A stretch of DNA of 38,119 bases from Asterionella formosa (taxonomy: Eukaryota): positions 1-38,119 of the forward strand of contig NKIB01015123.1 of NCBI GenBank assembly GCA_002256025.1. The letters run 5' to 3'. Made by a program: the position numbers and the translations under genes. The notes beneath the pieces are model-generated. The model did not search any database. It was not told the origin of the DNA and saw nothing but the letters and a program-made list of their open reading frames with translations. Within the stretch, counting starts at the first letter, position 1, and each line of letters opens with the position of its first letter. Positions 33,860-38,119 of the stretch are shown here, in pieces.

Positions 33860-36602
33860 TCTTTTAATGTATACAACATTATTTGATGGCAAATTGAGAG
33901 TCTATCCTCATAAACAGGTGAATTTGGAATTATTATCAAATGCCATCCCTCGTCATCAACGTGCATATCTGGTCGCTCATAAACATTTATAAGTTTTCCA
34001 AACCGAATTACAACGGTAGTGTGATATTGGAGTCCTACAAAAATGTGGTGCTTCTAAATGGGCGTCTCCTACTTTTATTATTCCTAAAAGGGATGGAAGA
34101 ATCTGATGGGTGTCAGATTTTCGTGAACTCAATAAAGTCATCAATCGCAATATATACCCTTTATCTCGGATACAAACTATTCTCACTAAGCGTGCTGGAT
34201 ATGTATTTTTCACCAAATTAGATGTTTCTATGCAATACTATACCTTCGCATAAGATGTGGAGAGTCAAATTTTGTGCGTTATTTCCACTCCATTTGGTTT
34301 ATATAAATATTTACGTCTCTCTATGGGGGTGAAACAATCATCTGATATTGCACAAGAAACTATGGAACAGGTTCTTAGTGATTTGGATGATGTGGAAATT
34401 TATATTGATGATGTGGGTTGTTTTTCAATGAATTTTTCGGATCACCTTCATTTATTGGACACTATTTTGCATAGTTTACAGGCAAATGGTTTTACAATTA
34501 ATCCATCTAAGTGTGAATGGGCAGTCCAAGAGACATATTGGTTAGGCTATTGGTTAACTCCTAATGGACTAAAACCTTGGTCTAAAAAGGTCCGAGCATT
34601 GATCAATATGTCTTCACCTACCAATCTTAAATAAGTCAGATCATTTCTCGGTTCTGTTACTTACTATCGAGACATGTTTCCTAGACGATCTCATGTTTTC
34701 TTGGACCACTTACGGATTTAATTGGAACTAGCCCATTTGTCTGGTTACCTATGCATCAGCAAGCTTTTGAAGAAATGAAAGCATTGTTAGTTGCAGATAC
34801 ACTCATGCGTTATCCTGATCCTACTAATCTTCCTTTTCATATCTTTACTGATGCCTCTGATTATCAATTAGGGTCGGTCATCATGCAAAATGATCTCCCA
34901 GTTGCTTATTATTCTCGAAAATTATCTGCTGCTCAAAAGAATTATACTACTATTGAAAAAGAATTACTTTCTGTGGTAGAAACTTTCAAAGAATTTCGCT
35001 CTATGCTATTGGGTGCAGTTCTACATGTTCACACTGATCATCGAAATCTTATTTATAATACTTTACATTCTCAACGTGTTCTAAGATGGAGACTTTATAT
35101 TGAAGAATATCATCCTACTTTTCACTACGTGAAAGGGACTGACAATGCTATGATTGCAGATTCCATCTCTCGTCTCCCGAGGCTTGAGTCTTTGGTGGGG
35201 GATGATATTGGACCGAAATCTCCAGCATCAACTTCCACTTCTACCTTTTCAATTGAATTAGATGATGAACCTTTGCTTACCTGTTTCCTTAATCATCCAA
35301 TCTTGACAGACAATATTAAATATCCTCTGGATTATAATTTAATACATGATAGACAATTGCTGGATATACAATTGATTCTCAATCAACAAACACATCCATA
35401 AAAATTTCCGTCTATCAATTTTCATGATATATTTTTAATATGTTTGGTGAAGAATCCAGGAGATAGTTGGCGTATTGCTATTCCTACATCATTATTGGAT
35501 CCTATTATTAATTGGTATCATCAGATGTGAAGCATGTCAACGTACAAAATTACCTGGTACTATTTTTGGTGAACTTCCACCCAGGAATGCATTGTTATTA
35601 CCATGGTTAGAAGTCGCAGTAGATCTAATTGGTCCATGGAAGAAAACAGGGGCTGCTCAAGCGATTGAATTTCGTGCTCTAACTTGTATTGAAACAGTCA
35701 CCAATTTAGCAGAAATTTTACGTATCAATAATAAAACATCAGAATATATTGCGATAAAAGTTGAAAATGATAGGTTAGACAGATATCCCCGTCCAGAACG
35801 TTGTATACATGACAATGGATGGTGAATTTACTGGTGTTCCTTTCTTACACATATTTGTGTTGAATGGGATTAAAGATGTGACTACTAGTACAGTCAAGAA
35901 TCCACAAGCAAATGCTATCTGTGAACGTAATAGCACTAGTCTACGAGTTATATTAAAGGCTCATCCTCCAATCAATGAATTTCAACCCCAAAATATTGTG
36001 GATACATGTTTTGCAGCTGCATCATATGCAGCTCGAACTACTATTCAAAGTATATTATGTATTTCACCAGTAGCATGGGTTTTTCAACGTGATATGATAT
36101 TAAATATTCCTTTGATTACAGATTTACAATTAATATATCAACGTCGACAAGTGATAATTGACGAACGTTCACGTCGTGCTAATTTCTGTCGTCGATCTTA
36201 TGATTACAAAGTGGGTGACGAGATTTTAATACTATTGGATAATCCTTCTACTTTGGATGATCGTGGACAAGGTCCTTATACTATTATTCAAGTACATGCC
36301 AATGATACAGTTACTTTTTAACGCAATATGCATATTACAGAACGAATTAATATTTGTCGTATCAAACCTTTTCATAGGTAAATGGTTTTCCCTCAAGTGT
36401 GGGAGAGTGAGCAATTCTACATATCGATACAGATGTATATAGGGTTAGGGTTATATCAAATATATCAGAACTCAATAATGAGAGAACTCGACTAACACCA
36501 ATTGTATACTTTGATGTCAACTTAGGAAACGAGTTGTACATAAGGATTAATTAATAAGCTCACATATTCAACAAATACTACTACTTCTAGTTAGATACTT
36601 CA
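33860..36602 (+). mobile_element. Gypsy remnant B (RT-RNase H-integrase-PPT-3' LTR)
   Basis: [73 protein letters not shown], then LTR at 36408-36602. Contains several stops and frameshifts. Confidence 0.95.
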
Positions 36603-36845
36603 CCAGGTACCAGGTGGAGTCGTATCCAATCATTCGAACCCTCTACCTGTAGTTACCCTGGTACCCCGGTACCAGGTACCTGATGGTACCAGGTACCAGG
36701 CATCAGGGTACATATCGGCACCTTGATGTCACTTCACGTACCGGTATCCAGATGATAATACCGGTATACCGGTTGTTTCAAAAGTGAACTTACCGGTATC
36801 ACCTATTACCTGGTATGCACTGAGTCCTGAGCATGCTCGATGTTG

Positions 36846-38119
36846 TGTTGACAGAAAACCATAGATCCTACACCCGGATATACGACGTTTTCTGCGGTCT
36901 TTTGCGAACTTTTGCGGACTTCGCGTTCTTTTGCCGTCGTTTGGGAAAACGTGATGCGAGGTCGATTTTAGACAAAACACCGTTTTTATACGTGACTTTT
37001 TGTACTTAGGAGTTTCCGTCAACTGGTAGCTAATAGTGGAGGGAAAATGGGCTGGCTAACCTTGTTAACCAGAAACCGTCTTAAACAGTGACGATATTCT
37101 CAGTGGCAATACCGGATAATAAAGGTTAGAATGTAAAACGTAAACTAAAATTATGATATAAACTGTGAAAAATGGAAATGATCTCCAATGGTCAATCCAT
37201 TCCTCTCTTCCTGTAGGTTAATACTAATTCCATACGTAAGTAGTGCATACGTAATCCCCGAATTGACGTGGTATGCAAACATACATATTCCTTTTTCTCA
37301 AATTCTCAAGATCGGAACATATCCAGCTGTTCTGATCTTCCTCTATATATAGTAAACCCCTAATACTCCCCTTCATGCCATTATACGTGAGATCTTCAAG
37401 TGTGTGGGATGATCCTTTGTTTAGTGCTGGAGGACTTGATCTTGTCTTTTAAGGCGTTTGTTTCTGTGCAGCATCCAACAACCTTTTCAGGAATACTGAC
37501 ATAGCATCGTACTTAAGTAGGTTGTTGTATTTATCCCATGAAATGTTGGTAGTCGGTACATACTCAGGAGTACTTTGATTGCTGATATATAATAGATTGT
37601 TTCCTCTGGTACACAAATTGCGGTGCTGAATATATTGTAAGCTGATCGTGGTTGCCCTTTGAATGCATAGGGCTGCGTGAATGTTATGGGTTCCGAAACA
37701 ATAATTCCTTTATCAAGGGGACAATAATTCCTTTATCAAGGGGTGAAATTTCGCGCCATGTAATGGTTTCGTTAATACATCGGCATAATTTTGTTCACTC
37801 TTGATGTGGTTGAACTGTATAATCCTGCCTGCTATGGCCTCCCTCACTCAATGGTATGCTATGGCATTATGTTTCTTTTTAGGTCCACTCGATGGAATTG
37901 TGGTGTTCATAATAACGCTTTGGTTGTCACCTAACATCCAAGCTGGTCCATCGATCTTCACTCCAAGCATTCGTAGGTTATATCGAACTTCGATAATCAG
38001 TTCAGTTGCAATTCTAGCCGCCACTAGTTCAGAACCATATGTGGACGATTCCACCGTCTTCTGTCGTCTTGAAAGCCATTTGATGGGCGTGTTATTGAAA
38101 AAGATGAGTATCCCAGTGA
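36846..38119 (-). mobile_element. 3' end of a Copia (CoDi-like) element: RNase H, 3' region and probable LTR
   Basis: KWLSRRQKTVESSTYGSELVAA...GDNQSV...KKKHNAIAYH*VREA...NYADVLTKPL at ~37750-38119. Probable LTR ends ...TCAACA near 36846 (boundary uncertain). There is a 23-bp tandem duplication at ~37699-37743. Confidence 0.88.

Overview
Eukaryotic genomic DNA, most likely a diatom. This is an inference from bipartite signal-plus-Phe plastid presequences, CoDi-type Copia elements and diatom-type Gypsy elements. Five intact-looking host genes lie in the first 14.5 kb: a bacterial-like C5 DNA methyltransferase, a cupin_3 protein, a Prune/PPX1 exopolyphosphatase, a PPR protein, and a two-exon GILT thiol reductase. 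A decayed CACTA/Plavaka-like DNA transposon sits between them (~4.8-9.3 kb). From 14.46 kb onward the window is a nested transposon graveyard: a Copia interrupted by a Gypsy LTR+gag; a 6.65-kb multi-ORF element with 23-bp TIRs inserted at that gag, lacking a recognisable transposase but carrying a diverged paralog of the Plavaka-like element's second gene; a 1.87-kb long-TIR element; two Gypsy pol+LTR remnants; a tRNA-headed structured SINE-like sequence; an inverted partial copy of the TIR element; a probable OTU-domain remnant; and a Copia RNase H/3' end. Clusters of GGTACC/CCWGG motifs mark intergenic DNA and flank two Gypsy 3' LTRs. All alignments and translations were done by eye, and no database searches were run.
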